64,000 nucleotides of DNA from Elusimicrobiota bacterium. Lineage in GTDB: Bacteria > Elusimicrobiota > Elusimicrobia > UBA1565. A program made the position numbers and the translations under genes. Positions 8,688-18,845 of the stretch are shown here, in pieces. Below the pieces are notes generated by a model. That model was given only the letters and a program-made list of their open reading frames with translations, was not told the DNA's origin and made no database searches. The stretch lies in the NCBI GenBank assembly GCA_043827405.1, contig JBDRPD010000022.1, positions 9,169 through 73,168 on the forward strand, given 5' to 3'. Positions within the stretch are counted from its first letter, which is position 1; each line of letters opens with the position of its first letter.

Positions 8688-10300
8688 GGCGCGCGCTGAT
8701 CTTTACGCTGCTCACCGTTTTGCTCGGAGCCTCAGCCGAAGCGCAGAAGACGAAGCGCGCGCCAGTCCGCAAGACGGCACCCGCTGAAGACGCCGCGGAG
8801 AGCAAGACGCCGGCCGCCCAGCTTGACCTGCCCGTGCTGGCGGGAGCTCCGGGGCGGCCGGAGAAGTCGGGGCTATTGATCAACCATATTCTGCCGCGCT
8901 CCAGCGCCGACGACCTTGGCCTGCGCAGCGGCGACGTCCTGCTTTTCCTGAACGGGAAGCCCGCCAAGACTCTTGAGAGCGCGGCCTCGGCGCTCGCCTC
9001 CTGGCCGCCCGGCACTCGGCTGTCCGCCGTCGTTCGCCGCGGCGGCTCCGTGATTCGGCTGGAAACCAAGCCCTTTGCCCCGAGCCTGCCGCCCGTTCGC
9101 GATCCCGCCCGCCTCACGCCGCACGAGGAGAAGCTCAAACAGCGGCACCTGCTCGACGCCAAGACCGATAAACCCGTGCGGATAGGAGCCCCGGGCTTCA
9201 CCGTCACCGCCGGCGAGAAGATATGGATTCGCTTTCCGCAAGGCATCCCGGCGAACATCGAACGCGGAGCCGTTCTGGAGGGCGTTACCAGCACCTCCAT
9301 GTCCACCGACCGCAACTTGGACTTCATCGGCATCCCGCAGGACAGCCGCGTCTGGGCGCAGGTCGTGTCCGTCATCGAGGACGAGGAAGACCTTATCCGC
9401 CTGGTCAAATTGCACATCTACAAGCTCGAGCTGCTCGGCGGCCACACCTACTCCTGCTCGGCCGTCCCGAGCAAAGTATCCGGCGAACGTTCACTGCTGC
9501 GCGTAAGCGACGGCGGAACCATCCTGTCCGCCGCGCTCGACAGCGCGTCCTGGATCGTCGCTCCGGACCGCAATATTCAAATCCGCTTCCTCAGCGCCAT
9601 GACCATCCGCGAACAGCCGGGATTCTACCAAGCCGGCCCCGGGCTGTGGTTTAAATCGGCAAGCGCCGACGCCAGAAAATGGCTGAAAGTCACGCATGTG
9701 ATCAGCGACCGCTCCGCCGACCGCGCCGGCATCAAGAAGGGCGACAAAATCCTGCGCCTCAACGGAAAGCCGGCCAGCCGGCTGCGGTTCACGGACGCGA
9801 TCAAAAGTCTCTACGGCGAAGTAGGATCGAAGATATCCATGGACGTGCAGCGGGGCGGCGGCCGCACGGAAAAGCTCAGCCTGACGCGCGGCATGCTCTA
9901 CCGCAAGGGGCTGGGCATGAGCGCGCGCATATCCGGAAGCGAGGTCGTCGTTACTGCGGTCCACGCCGAATCCCCGGCGGACCACGCCCGGATCAAGAAA
10001 GGGGACCGCCTGGTCCAGGTGGGGCCCAAGCCGCTCGGGGGCGTGGACATCGGCGAGCTCAAGCGCCTGCTCAAGCAGGATCTCGCCGGCGACAGCGCTC
10101 TTATCGTACACCCGCCGGGCCATGCGATGCGCACTATCGAGCTCAAACAGGACTGGTTTCCCGTGCCGCTTGAGTTCACGCCCCGGACCGGCGCGAACGA
10201 GATCAGGGCTGAAGTTCCGCCAGCATCGACTCGACCTCGACGCGGTGCCCGGCGACAACCGCGGGGTCGCTCGGCTCCCGTACCGCAAAAAAAGCCTTAA
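8684..10300 (+). CDS. Exported multi-PDZ-domain protein
   Basis: Signal peptide; three PDZ signatures (SSADDLGLRSGDVL, SADRAGIKKGDKI, SPADHARIKKGDRL). No protease motif recognised. Confidence 0.85.
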   Translation: MRRALIFTLLTVLLGASAEAQKTKRAPVRKTAPAEDAAESKTPAAQLDLPVLAGAPGRPEKSGLLINHILPRSSADDLGLRSGDVLLFLNGKPAKTLESAASALASWPPGTRLSAVVRRGGSVIRLETKPFAPSLPPVRDPARLTPHEEKLKQRHLLDAKTDKPVRIGAPGFTVTAGEKIWIRFPQGIPANIERGAVLEGVTSTSMSTDRNLDFIGIPQDSRVWAQVVSVIEDEEDLIRLVKLHIYKLELLGGHTYSCSAVPSKVSGERSLLRVSDGGTILSAALDSASWIVAPDRNIQIRFLSAMTIREQPGFYQAGPGLWFKSASADARKWLKVTHVISDRSADRAGIKKGDKILRLNGKPASRLRFTDAIKSLYGEVGSKISMDVQRGGGRTEKLSLTRGMLYRKGLGMSARISGSEVVVTAVHAESPADHARIKKGDRLVQVGPKPLGGVDIGELKRLLKQDLAGDSALIVHPPGHAMRTIELKQDWFPVPLEFTPRTGANEIRAEVPPASTRPRRGARRQPRGRSAPVPQKKP

Positions 10301-10934
10301 GCACCTCACGCGCCTCTGCCGTCCGGCCGGTATCCCGCAGCGCTTGCGCCAGCGCGGGATAGTTCGCGGTATAGCCCGGCGCGAGACGCAGCGCGGTGCG
10401 CAGTTCCTCGACGGCGCGCTCTTTCGACCCGCCCGCAAAACCCGGCAGCTGAAAGAGCATGCGTCCCAAGACATGGTGCGCTCCCCCATGCCCGGGATCC
10501 AGCTGCAAGACGCGGCGCATCCGTTTTTTCAGCGGACGGATCATGAACAAAGAGCGCAGCATGCCCCGCGCCTCCCCCCTTCTGCCAAGCGCCAGCCCGT
10601 GCCAGAAATGCGCCTCCGCGCTCTCGGGATCGATCGCCACCGAGCGGCCGATCAATTCCTCGGCGCGGGTGAAGATGCGGATCTGTTCCTTTTTGTCGGT
10701 ACGCTCTTCACCGACCCGAACCAGACTCCGGCCCAGACGCCACAGCGCCAGGGCATCGTCGGGGGCGTCCTTCAGCCGCGCCTCAAGCAGCGCCACCGAA
10801 AGATCCAAGCGCCCGGAAACGTGACGATGGAAGTATAGATCGTCGGCCTTGTCGTAAAAGGTCTTGCCGCCCAACTCTGCGGCAGAGGCCGCGAGCGCGC
10901 CGGAGAGGACGAGCGCCGTCAGGATCGCGCGCAC
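10203..10934 (-). CDS. Exported tetratricopeptide-repeat protein
   Basis: Signal peptide; ALWRLGRS, AEAHFWHGLALG, AHHVLGRMLFQLPGFAGG TPR pattern. Confidence 0.8.
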   Translation of the reverse strand: MRAILTALVLSGALAASAAELGGKTFYDKADDLYFHRHVSGRLDLSVALLEARLKDAPDDALALWRLGRSLVRVGEERTDKKEQIRIFTRAEELIGRSVAIDPESAEAHFWHGLALGRRGEARGMLRSLFMIRPLKKRMRRVLQLDPGHGGAHHVLGRMLFQLPGFAGGSKERAVEELRTALRLAPGYTANYPALAQALRDTGRTAEAREVLKAFFAVREPSDPAVVAGHRVEVESMLAELQP

Positions 10935-10936
10935 GT

Positions 10937-11341
10937 TCAGCGACCGCAGCGGCTGAGATGCTGGCGCATGAAACAGTCGTTTTCCACGACCACCAAGCCG
11001 TTATCGCGCGCCAGCTTTGCCGCCTCCGGTGCTTCAATGCCGTCCTGTATCCATATCCCCTTGGCGCCGATGGCGACCGCTTGCCGCACGATCTCCATCA
11101 CATGCGCGCCGCCCCGAAAGATGCTGACCACCTCGACATCTTCGGTTATGGATTTCAGATCGGGGTAGCAGATCTCTCCAAGAACGGTCTTATAGTTCGG
11201 ATTGACCGGGATAATACGATACCCGGCTTCCATCAGGTAGGACGCTACTTGGCAGGAAGGGCGCTCCGTCTTTGGAGAACAGCCCACAACGGCGACGACA
11301 TTGAGCTTGAGAAGCGCTTCGTAATCCTGATTGCTGGCCAT
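10937..11341 (-). CDS. CoA-binding protein (YccU family)
   Basis: VAVVGCS, RPSCQVASYL, GYRIIPVNP, VSIFR, IWIQDG, VVENDC. Start likely at ATG 11341 (MASNQ). Confidence 0.9.
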   Translation of the reverse strand: MASNQDYEALLKLNVVAVVGCSPKTERPSCQVASYLMEAGYRIIPVNPNYKTVLGEICYPDLKSITEDVEVVSIFRGGAHVMEIVRQAVAIGAKGIWIQDGIEAPEAAKLARDNGLVVVENDCFMRQHLSRCGR

Positions 11342-11451
11342 CCGCGTACCGTAAATAGTGTACAAGACATGTTGTGCACTTACCATGGCAATTTTGGGAT
11401 ATTTGTTATACTCACGCCGTAAAACTATGGAGTACCGGCCCGCAACTTAAT

Positions 11452-11916
11452 ATGACGGATGTTACGGCCAAGGGCAAACTTGTCTTCTGGGTGATGATTT
11501 TGGCGGTATTGCTTTTTTCCACCGTCCCGTCCATCATGCTCATCAAAAAAGGCAAGGAGTACTATTCTTTTTTGACCGGATGGACGCCTAAAAGTCTGAA
11601 GCCGACCGCGACCAGCCGCATTCCACCGCCGCCCGACAGCATGACCGATGGAATGCCGGATATCCATTTTGTAGAATTCCAGATCGAGGCTCCCGGAGCA
11701 AAAAGCGTATTTTTATCCGCGAATTTCAACGGCTGGAAGCCCGACAGCCTGGCTTTGAAGCAGGATACAGCAGCGAAGTGGAAGATCGTTGTCCCCCTGC
11801 CGCCGGGCCGGTACTATTACGGGTTCGAGGTCGACGGCAGCTGGAGAACGGATTCGAATGCGGCCGGCGATGCGCAGCGAGAAGGCCGGAAGGTTTCGGT
11901 AATAATGGTCCCATGA
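11452..11916 (+). CDS. Membrane-anchored glycogen-binding (CBM48/AMPK-beta-like) domain protein
   Basis: N-terminal TM, then F..EAPGAKSVFLSANFNGW...W...LPPGRYYYGFEVDGSW. Confidence 0.85.
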   Translation: MTDVTAKGKLVFWVMILAVLLFSTVPSIMLIKKGKEYYSFLTGWTPKSLKPTATSRIPPPPDSMTDGMPDIHFVEFQIEAPGAKSVFLSANFNGWKPDSLALKQDTAAKWKIVVPLPPGRYYYGFEVDGSWRTDSNAAGDAQREGRKVSVIMVP

Positions 11917-13751
11917 AGCTGATTTCAGCAACCGTCGCACGCGCCGCCGTCCTCGCTGTATTGGCGGCATTCGCGATGTCGATCCCGGCGGCGCATGCCG
12001 CCTGGGGCCGGACCAAAGACGAGAATCGCATAATTCTTCTCTGGGTGCCCGAGATGGGAACCGTTGACTGGAACGCGTTCCAGTCCCTGATCGAGAGGCA
12101 CCCCGACGTGCGGCTTACCGTCGCGCTGTCCCCGGCGGAAATCCCCGAAGAGGTGCGCCCCTGGCTTTCCGCCTGGGCACGGGAGGGCCGGTTGGAAGTC
12201 GCGCTGCGCATCACGGGCGACCCCATTCTGCCGCTGATTACCAAGTACCGGCAGCGGGACGCGGTGGACCGCATCGCGCTGGCCCGCATCCAGTACCGCG
12301 ACGTATTTGAACGTTTTCCCGGCGGCTTCGTCCCCGGCGACGGCGCGCTGATTCCGGCCTTCGCCCGCCCGCTCGAGATGCAGCACTTCAAGTGGGCGGC
12401 CGTCGGGGACGCAGTGTTCCGTACCCCGTGGTACACCGGCGGCAAGGAGCCGATGGTCGCTATTCCCTTTCATGTCCCCGAGTCCACGGCGCCGGTCGCG
12501 CTCGCCAATCTGCAGGATATCCGCGCCGTCGTCCTAAGCGAGCTCAACGGCACGCTCACTCCCGGCGGAGGCGTCGAAGCGCTGACGGCGCTTTTCGAGG
12601 AGACCCGCAACGACCTCTGGACGAGCGCCCAGGAGGCGATCGAACTAATTAACCCTTATGCCGTCGGCCCCGAGGAATGGCCGACCTGGTCCGGAGACCT
12701 GCTGCTGTGGACTGAGGACCCCATCCAGGAGCGCGCCTGGCATCTCTACGAGATAACGGTAGGGGCGCTCAGCCGCTATCAGAATTCAGGCGCGGCCTCT
12801 CTTGATACGCTCGACCGCGCCAATACCCACATCTACCGCGCGCAGGACTCCCGCTACTTCCGCGTCGACAGCCTCCACAATCGCCAAATGGAGCGGCGCT
12901 TCCGCGGCCACCTGCAGCGCGTTTACCGTACACTGGGCCAAAAGGCGCCGCAAGCCCTAGCGACGCCGATTGCGGTGCGGCACACTCCCGCCTCCGGAGG
13001 CGAGAATGCCGAGCAGCCGGACGAAGCCGCGCAAAACGGGGCGAAGATCAAGGGAGACGCGGCCGTCCGCAGCCGCTTAGCGGACGGCTTGCTGACATTC
13101 GAGAACCCGGCAGCCTCCACCGCTACGCTGCCGACACAGCTGCCGGAGCTTCCGCCGGGGACGACCCCGCACCACTTATGGACGCCGCAGAGCCTTACGG
13201 TCAGCTGGGACGAGGAATCGGTGACTTTCAGCGTTGTGCCGCGAGACATCCTCAAAAGCGCAGCGCCCAACGGCTTCGCCGCGCCGATGTTCGAGCTGTA
13301 TATGGACCTCAACAACCTCGCGGGACGGGGCTCGACCGCCCTGCTCCCGGGCCGGCGCGGCTTCGTGCCGTCATCCGATGCCTGGGAATACGCCGTCATT
13401 GCCAACGGCTGGGAGGCGAGCCTCTACCGTGCCGTCCCCAGCCAGCCGCCCGCCCTCGTCGAAAAATTGGGCTGCACGCTGGATGCCAAAGCCGGCGCTA
13501 TCCGGGTCTCCGTTCCCCGCCAGCGGCTGCGCGGCAGTCCATCCGGCTGGGGCTACGTCCTGCTGACGCTGGCCGTCGATGAAGCCGGCGCGCGGCAGAC
13601 GCCTCCGCAGCCGCTTCCGGGCGGCAACGGCAGCCCGCTCCTGGGCATCCTCGGAGGCCTCGATACCCAGCGCCGGCTCACGGACTCAAAGTCCTCTTAT
13701 CGCCGGGTCAGCGCCGTTCGCCTGCAGGAAAGCGCTACTCTTGATAGATGA
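11913..13751 (+). CDS. Exported GH57-like barrel fused to a glucodextranase DOMON-like domain
   Basis: Signal peptide; PILPLI, FERFPGGFVPG, WSGDLLLW...QERAW, AQDSRYF resemble GH57 amylopullulanase; FELYMDLN...WEYAVIANGW resembles the DOMON-like domain. ATGA-coupled to the CBM48 gene. Confidence 0.65.
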   Translation: MKLISATVARAAVLAVLAAFAMSIPAAHAAWGRTKDENRIILLWVPEMGTVDWNAFQSLIERHPDVRLTVALSPAEIPEEVRPWLSAWAREGRLEVALRITGDPILPLITKYRQRDAVDRIALARIQYRDVFERFPGGFVPGDGALIPAFARPLEMQHFKWAAVGDAVFRTPWYTGGKEPMVAIPFHVPESTAPVALANLQDIRAVVLSELNGTLTPGGGVEALTALFEETRNDLWTSAQEAIELINPYAVGPEEWPTWSGDLLLWTEDPIQERAWHLYEITVGALSRYQNSGAASLDTLDRANTHIYRAQDSRYFRVDSLHNRQMERRFRGHLQRVYRTLGQKAPQALATPIAVRHTPASGGENAEQPDEAAQNGAKIKGDAAVRSRLADGLLTFENPAASTATLPTQLPELPPGTTPHHLWTPQSLTVSWDEESVTFSVVPRDILKSAAPNGFAAPMFELYMDLNNLAGRGSTALLPGRRGFVPSSDAWEYAVIANGWEASLYRAVPSQPPALVEKLGCTLDAKAGAIRVSVPRQRLRGSPSGWGYVLLTLAVDEAGARQTPPQPLPGGNGSPLLGILGGLDTQRRLTDSKSSYRRVSAVRLQESATLDR

Positions 13752-15147
13752 TGGTGCGGTTGATGACGCGATCGTTGCCGCGCAGGTCGGCGCCCGCGAT
13801 GCGGAAATTATTGGGGCCTTTCTCCAGATTAACCTGAAGGCTGAAGTTCCCATCCTCGTCCTTGGGCACGCCTTTGCCGTTTATCGTAACTGTTAGATCC
13901 GGATCGGCCTTGCCGCGGATACTGTAGCGTCGATACCCCACCGTTTCCGTCTTCTCCGCCGGCCGCGTCACCTGGAAGAGCGTCTTCTTTTGTTCGACCC
14001 GCGGCCGCGTCGTACCGCCGCCGACCTGGTACGGACGGGGGTTGGAGAACTCGCCGCGATCGCCCAACAGATCGATGACCGCGACCCGCGCCCAATAGCT
14101 CCCGTTAGGGACCCGTGCGCGCGCCAAGTCCAGCTTCTCATAGGCGTCGAATGTCTTGTCAAAAACGATGCTGCGGAACAGCCGGTCGCGCGCGATCTGG
14201 ATATGGTAGGCGGCGACTGGCATGCCGATCGAGAGCTTCTGCAGGTCGACAGCCAGCTTTTCGGCGTCGCCGATGCCGGGTGTCGGCGCCGCCAGCGCTC
14301 CCGCGTCCGTCGTCGTCACCGCCGACGGCGCCCGCGCGGTCCCCATAGCGATATTCGCGTCGAGGTCGAGGTTCATGTCCGGGATGCGCACCGGGACCTC
14401 CGGCAGGCCGTCCAGGGAGATATTGGTGGCTTGTCCCGCATTGACGACGACGCTCTTGAGGCCCTTAAGGTCCTTAACATCGGCGGACCCTTTATAAACT
14501 TTAACCTCAGTCGACAAGTCGTTTTTTACCCGCGCGGTATACTTGGTGTCGTTGCCGCGCGGCGCGATAATCGCCGACGGTGTGGCGACCCGCGCTTTGG
14601 TCGCATGCACCGCGCCGCGGTTAAGATAAATGTCGTGATCCGCTTTCATCGGCGCCTTCAGGATCACCATGGAGTTCGCGTCGACGCTGAGCAGGCTGCC
14701 TTCGTGAAACTCGACGCTGGCGCGGGAACGATCCCGCGTCCTGAGCCCATCGCCATGATACAGCAGACGTCCGGCCTGGACCTTGTCCCATGCCGGCTTG
14801 TCCGCCTCCCGGGCGCTCACATTATTGACGGACTGCACCAGCTTGGCGGCGCGAAAGCGCACCTTGATGAGTTCGGTGGGAACCTGCAGCGTTATCCCCG
14901 GCAGCGCCACGGTGGGATCCGAGGTCGGAAGCTTGTTATGCTTCAGTATCTCGTTCCAGCGGGTGGGGTCCTTTAGGTATTTCTGCGAGATGCTCCACAA
15001 CGTGTCGCCCGGCTGCACTTTGATCGGCTCGAGCTTGGCCTGGGCCGCCGCCGCAACCAACGTCAGACCGCAGAGCAGGCCCAACGCGAGCCTGGCCGCA
15101 GTCCGTCCGCTACGCGTCTTTCGCCGCCGGTTTGCCGAGATAGACAT
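13735..15147 (-). CDS. LysM + FecR domain protein with C-terminal Ig/FN3-like domains
   Basis: VQPGDTLWSISQKYLKDPTRW (LysM); GDGLRT...ASVEFHEGSLLSVDANS, ATPSA, TEVKVYKGSADV (FecR); IRGKADP..VTING..DGNFS (Ig-like). Start at ATG 15147. Confidence 0.85.
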   Translation of the reverse strand: MSISANRRRKTRSGRTAARLALGLLCGLTLVAAAAQAKLEPIKVQPGDTLWSISQKYLKDPTRWNEILKHNKLPTSDPTVALPGITLQVPTELIKVRFRAAKLVQSVNNVSAREADKPAWDKVQAGRLLYHGDGLRTRDRSRASVEFHEGSLLSVDANSMVILKAPMKADHDIYLNRGAVHATKARVATPSAIIAPRGNDTKYTARVKNDLSTEVKVYKGSADVKDLKGLKSVVVNAGQATNISLDGLPEVPVRIPDMNLDLDANIAMGTARAPSAVTTTDAGALAAPTPGIGDAEKLAVDLQKLSIGMPVAAYHIQIARDRLFRSIVFDKTFDAYEKLDLARARVPNGSYWARVAVIDLLGDRGEFSNPRPYQVGGGTTRPRVEQKKTLFQVTRPAEKTETVGYRRYSIRGKADPDLTVTINGKGVPKDEDGNFSLQVNLEKGPNNFRIAGADLRGNDRVINRTIIYQE

Positions 15148-17299
15148 TGCCTTCCTCGTCCTGCTCCAGCCCCTTGGGGATGGTGAAGTAAAAGCGCGCG
15201 CCTTTGCCGTATTCGGACTCCACCCAAATGCGTCCCTTATGCGCCTCAACGAACTTCTTGCTGATGGTCAGCCCGAGCCCCGTCCCGCCGCGCTTCTGTC
15301 CCGGGACCTGCTCGAACTTGCCGAAAATTTTCTCCAAGTGCGACGCGGGGATGCCCGGACCGTTATCCTCGACGCAGAACCGGTACTCTTCGCCCAGGTC
15401 CTCGATATGCACGACGATCCTGCCGTCGTCCGGCGCGAACTTAATGGCATTGCCCACCAGATTCGTCGTCACCCGTTCGATCTGCGACTGATCCAGCTTT
15501 GCCTTGTAGTCCCCGTTGGGGTCGAGCACCAGCTCGATGCCGCGCCGCTGCGCCAGAGCGCCGAGAATCTCAATCGGATGCTGAGCGATGGCGCTGAGCG
15601 ACGCCTCGCTGAAATGCACGGCGAGGTTCTGGTCTTCCATCTTCGCGACGTCGAGGATATTATTGACCATAGTCATCAGACGGTTGGACGACTTGATCAT
15701 TGAATCGACCATGCTGGTCTGCTGCTCGTTAAGGGTCCCCGCGACGCCCTTGCGCAGGAACTCAAGGAAACCCGTAATCGATCCCAGGGGATTACGCAGA
15801 TCGTGGGTGATCGACAAAAGGAACTCTTCCTTCATGCTGTCGAGCTCCTTGACGAGCGTCACGTCCTGGATAACCGTAACCACGCCGATCACGTTCTTCT
15901 TCGACGGCGATATAAGCTGGTAGGACGAGACGCGCAGGAACAGCCGCCGGTCCTCGGTGGACAGGTCCACCTCCTTGATCGACGCCTCTTCGCCGCCGGC
16001 CTCCTTGGGGTCCTGCGAAACGGTCGTAATGGCCGCGAGCAGCTCGGAGCCTTCCGGCAGGATATCCCCGAACGTTTTGCCCTCAATCTTCTCGCCGGTC
16101 TTCCGGCCCAGGAAATTCAGCGCTTTGCGGTTGGCGAGCTGGACTTTCCCGTCGTTGTCCGTCATGACGATGCCGTCGCCCATGGAAAAAAGGATGGCTT
16201 CGCTCTTCTGCTGCTCCAGCACCAGCCGGTCGACCTGCATCTCCGCATAGCTCTTCAACCGGCTCATCATACGGTTGAAGGTCTCGGAAAAAACCTGCAG
16301 CTCGTCGCCGGTCCTGATGACGACCGGTTCGGGGAACTGGTCGTGCGATATCCGCTCCGCGGTCCGCGTCAGGTCCAGCAGGGGCCGGGTCAGGGTGCGG
16401 GCGAGAAAGACCGCGACCGCGACCGCCGCCACACATACCACGATGATAATAGCTATCGCCGTTCGCGACATCTGGATGGCGGCGAGATACGCTTCCGCCT
16501 TGGGCTGCTGGATGATAACGGCGCCCGAGATCTCCGGCACATGCGCGTAGGCGCCCACCTGCTCCACCCCGTCGGGGCCGATGTAGTCGCTGGCGCCGAC
16601 GCTCTTGGCGTCGAGCGCCGCTTTCACGATATCCCACTCGATCAGCGACTGCCGGTAGCTGCCGGGCAGCCGGTCCGGCGGATAAATCAGCGGCTCTCCG
16701 GCTTTGCCGACGAGGATCGCGTAGCCGGAACCGCCGACCCGCTCCGCCGACACCCGGCTCCAGAGGCTGTTGAGCAGCATGGAGACGCGGACCTCGGTGA
16801 ACTCCGACAGCGGATAATATATCTCCAGCCGCGGCGCCTGGTCCTTGCGGGCTTTGAGCACCAGCGTGCGTTTGCGCACGTCCGCGAACATGCGGTAGAT
16901 CGGGCTGTTGGCGTACGATTTGTTGGGCGAGTCCGCGACCAGCTCCGGATTGTAGACCTTAATGAGCTCCATCCCGTTGCGCAGTATCGCGATCTGCTCA
17001 ATATCGGGATCGCTCTCGATCATGCTGCGCAGGAAAGCCTGGCGGGTATTCCAGTCCAGCCCTTTGCGCTGCAGAGCGGCCAGCGTGAAGAGCATCCGGT
17101 CATCGATATTCCTGATGTAGCTCGAAACGCCTTCGGCCGTCTTCTCGGCCAGCTTGATATGCAGCTCGACTACGGCATCCTCGATGCCGCTGCGGCTGAT
17201 CTTGACCAGCTGCCAGCCCATGAACATGGCGGGCGCCAAGGCGAGGACCGCCAGGGCGACTATAAATCGTCTAAACAGGCCGGACCCGAGTAGGTTCAT
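15110..17299 (-). CDS. Sensor histidine kinase (Cache-HAMP-PAS-HisKA-HATPase)
   Basis: Two TMs, HAMP (TGDELQVFSETFNRM), PAS (MGDGIVMTD), H-box ITHDLRNPL, N-box NLVGNAIKF, DNGPGI, GTGLGL. Confidence 0.95.
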   Translation of the reverse strand: MNLLGSGLFRRFIVALAVLALAPAMFMGWQLVKISRSGIEDAVVELHIKLAEKTAEGVSSYIRNIDDRMLFTLAALQRKGLDWNTRQAFLRSMIESDPDIEQIAILRNGMELIKVYNPELVADSPNKSYANSPIYRMFADVRKRTLVLKARKDQAPRLEIYYPLSEFTEVRVSMLLNSLWSRVSAERVGGSGYAILVGKAGEPLIYPPDRLPGSYRQSLIEWDIVKAALDAKSVGASDYIGPDGVEQVGAYAHVPEISGAVIIQQPKAEAYLAAIQMSRTAIAIIIVVCVAAVAVAVFLARTLTRPLLDLTRTAERISHDQFPEPVVIRTGDELQVFSETFNRMMSRLKSYAEMQVDRLVLEQQKSEAILFSMGDGIVMTDNDGKVQLANRKALNFLGRKTGEKIEGKTFGDILPEGSELLAAITTVSQDPKEAGGEEASIKEVDLSTEDRRLFLRVSSYQLISPSKKNVIGVVTVIQDVTLVKELDSMKEEFLLSITHDLRNPLGSITGFLEFLRKGVAGTLNEQQTSMVDSMIKSSNRLMTMVNNILDVAKMEDQNLAVHFSEASLSAIAQHPIEILGALAQRRGIELVLDPNGDYKAKLDQSQIERVTTNLVGNAIKFAPDDGRIVVHIEDLGEEYRFCVEDNGPGIPASHLEKIFGKFEQVPGQKRGGTGLGLTISKKFVEAHKGRIWVESEYGKGARFYFTIPKGLEQDEEGNVYLGKPAAKDA

Positions 17300-17373
17300 G
17301 GCGCTTTAAATACGTGGAAGAAAAAGGATTTCTTCCCCGCTATTAGGAAGGATATGCTACCGCGAGTGGTTTG

Positions 17374-18681
17374 TCAAGAAAGTCCGAGCAATGTGACTAA
17401 TATCGCAATAAGCTCGGGCAGTCCGAAGAGCATATCGAGCAGCCATATCGCGGCGCCGACCAGCGCTACCCATTTCCAGGCGCCGTAAAGCACGAAGTTG
17501 TCGCCCATCCAGGAATCGAGATCGCGCAGCCGCTTGCTCAGCTTCCACTGCTCCGTGCGCTCCTGCAGCGTCGCATGCTTGGTCTCGCGGACCACCCGGA
17601 TGCGGCTCGCGATGGCGTCGACGGCGACTTCCGCGCCGTTCTCGTCAAAGAAGTGGTACCAGAAGGTGCGCGGGCCGGTATCTCCCTTGCGGTGGAGCTG
17701 CAGGGAGACGCTGACTCCCTGCCCGAGGCCGGGATAGCCCTTGCGCGCCGAAGCGTACGCGGCTTGCGGATCGACGCGGACGGCCGCCATCAGGCGCGCG
17801 GGGGCGACCACCATCCGCAGCGGGTCGGCGGGAACGGCGACGTCCTCGTAGACCTGGACTCGGCTGCGGTACTTCCCCCAGGCGGCGGCGATCCCGTTAT
17901 CGAGCTCGACGAGGATGGCGCTCGCTTTAACCTGTCCCGGCTCGTCAAGCACATAGAAGTTGAATTTCCACTGCGCGCCGTCGCGCACCGGCATGACCGC
18001 CGTCGTCTCGCCGAAGAACAGGTTATGCTCCGCGCGCCCCATTTTCCTGGCGGCCTTCAGCGCCTCTTTATACGCCTGCGCGTACATCTTGGCGGGGCTG
18101 TGCAGCGCGGGCTGGGAGACCAAGGTCCCCGCCATGCCGAAGAATACGGGGGCCGGCGCGTAGTGCGCGTCTATGACCGGCGCATCGCGCCCTGGTCGGC
18201 CCATTAGAATCTCATCGATGCGGCGGCCCAGGGCATGCGCCTCTTCGCCGCCGGACCGCCCCAGCCGGGAAACGGCTTCGAGCGCCGGGGCGGCGCTCTT
18301 CTTCATCCCCAGGATTTTCCGCTTGACGCTGCGGCGCGGTGTAATTTTATCGGCCGCTGCGGCGGAAATCGAAATTGCTTTTCCGTTGACCGGCACAATC
18401 ATCTGCGCGGGCAGCACCACGGACTTGAATGAAACAGAAGGGAGCGCGCTGCCGAGCTTCAGGCTGATGGGAACCATGCCGGCGGTGCCGGTCATCGCGA
18501 GACCTGCCATGCCGGTAACGGCGGCGCCTGCGGCGGCCGATCCGGGCGCGGCGGTACCGCCGACCGCGATCCGCATTACCGCAGCGCGGGCGTCCGGGCC
18601 AGCGAACAAAATGAGGAGCGCACCCGCTAGAGACATGGCGAGCGTTTTGCGCAATCCATCAATACTCGTGATACCCATCAA
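17374..18681 (-). CDS. Exported hypothetical protein with tandem PepSY-like modules and a C-terminal membrane anchor
   Basis: Signal peptide, Ala/Gly-rich linker, two helix-plus-strand modules (QWKFNFY; WYHFFDENGAEVAVDA), hydrophobic C-terminus. Confidence 0.65.
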   Translation of the reverse strand: MMGITSIDGLRKTLAMSLAGALLILFAGPDARAAVMRIAVGGTAAPGSAAAGAAVTGMAGLAMTGTAGMVPISLKLGSALPSVSFKSVVLPAQMIVPVNGKAISISAAAADKITPRRSVKRKILGMKKSAAPALEAVSRLGRSGGEEAHALGRRIDEILMGRPGRDAPVIDAHYAPAPVFFGMAGTLVSQPALHSPAKMYAQAYKEALKAARKMGRAEHNLFFGETTAVMPVRDGAQWKFNFYVLDEPGQVKASAILVELDNGIAAAWGKYRSRVQVYEDVAVPADPLRMVVAPARLMAAVRVDPQAAYASARKGYPGLGQGVSVSLQLHRKGDTGPRTFWYHFFDENGAEVAVDAIASRIRVVRETKHATLQERTEQWKLSKRLRDLDSWMGDNFVLYGAWKWVALVGAAIWLLDMLFGLPELIAILVTLLGLS

Positions 18682-18845
18682 GTACGATTATGCTACCAAC
18701 TAGTTCCTTCATGTTTATGAGCCCTCGGGGCACTTTACTCCGAGCAATCGGCCTAGACGATTAAGGATGTGAAACCTAAGAAAGTGCCGGAGTTTAAATG
18801 ATTATTATTCTGCTTGCTTCTCGGGGTGCGATGAAATACAATAAT

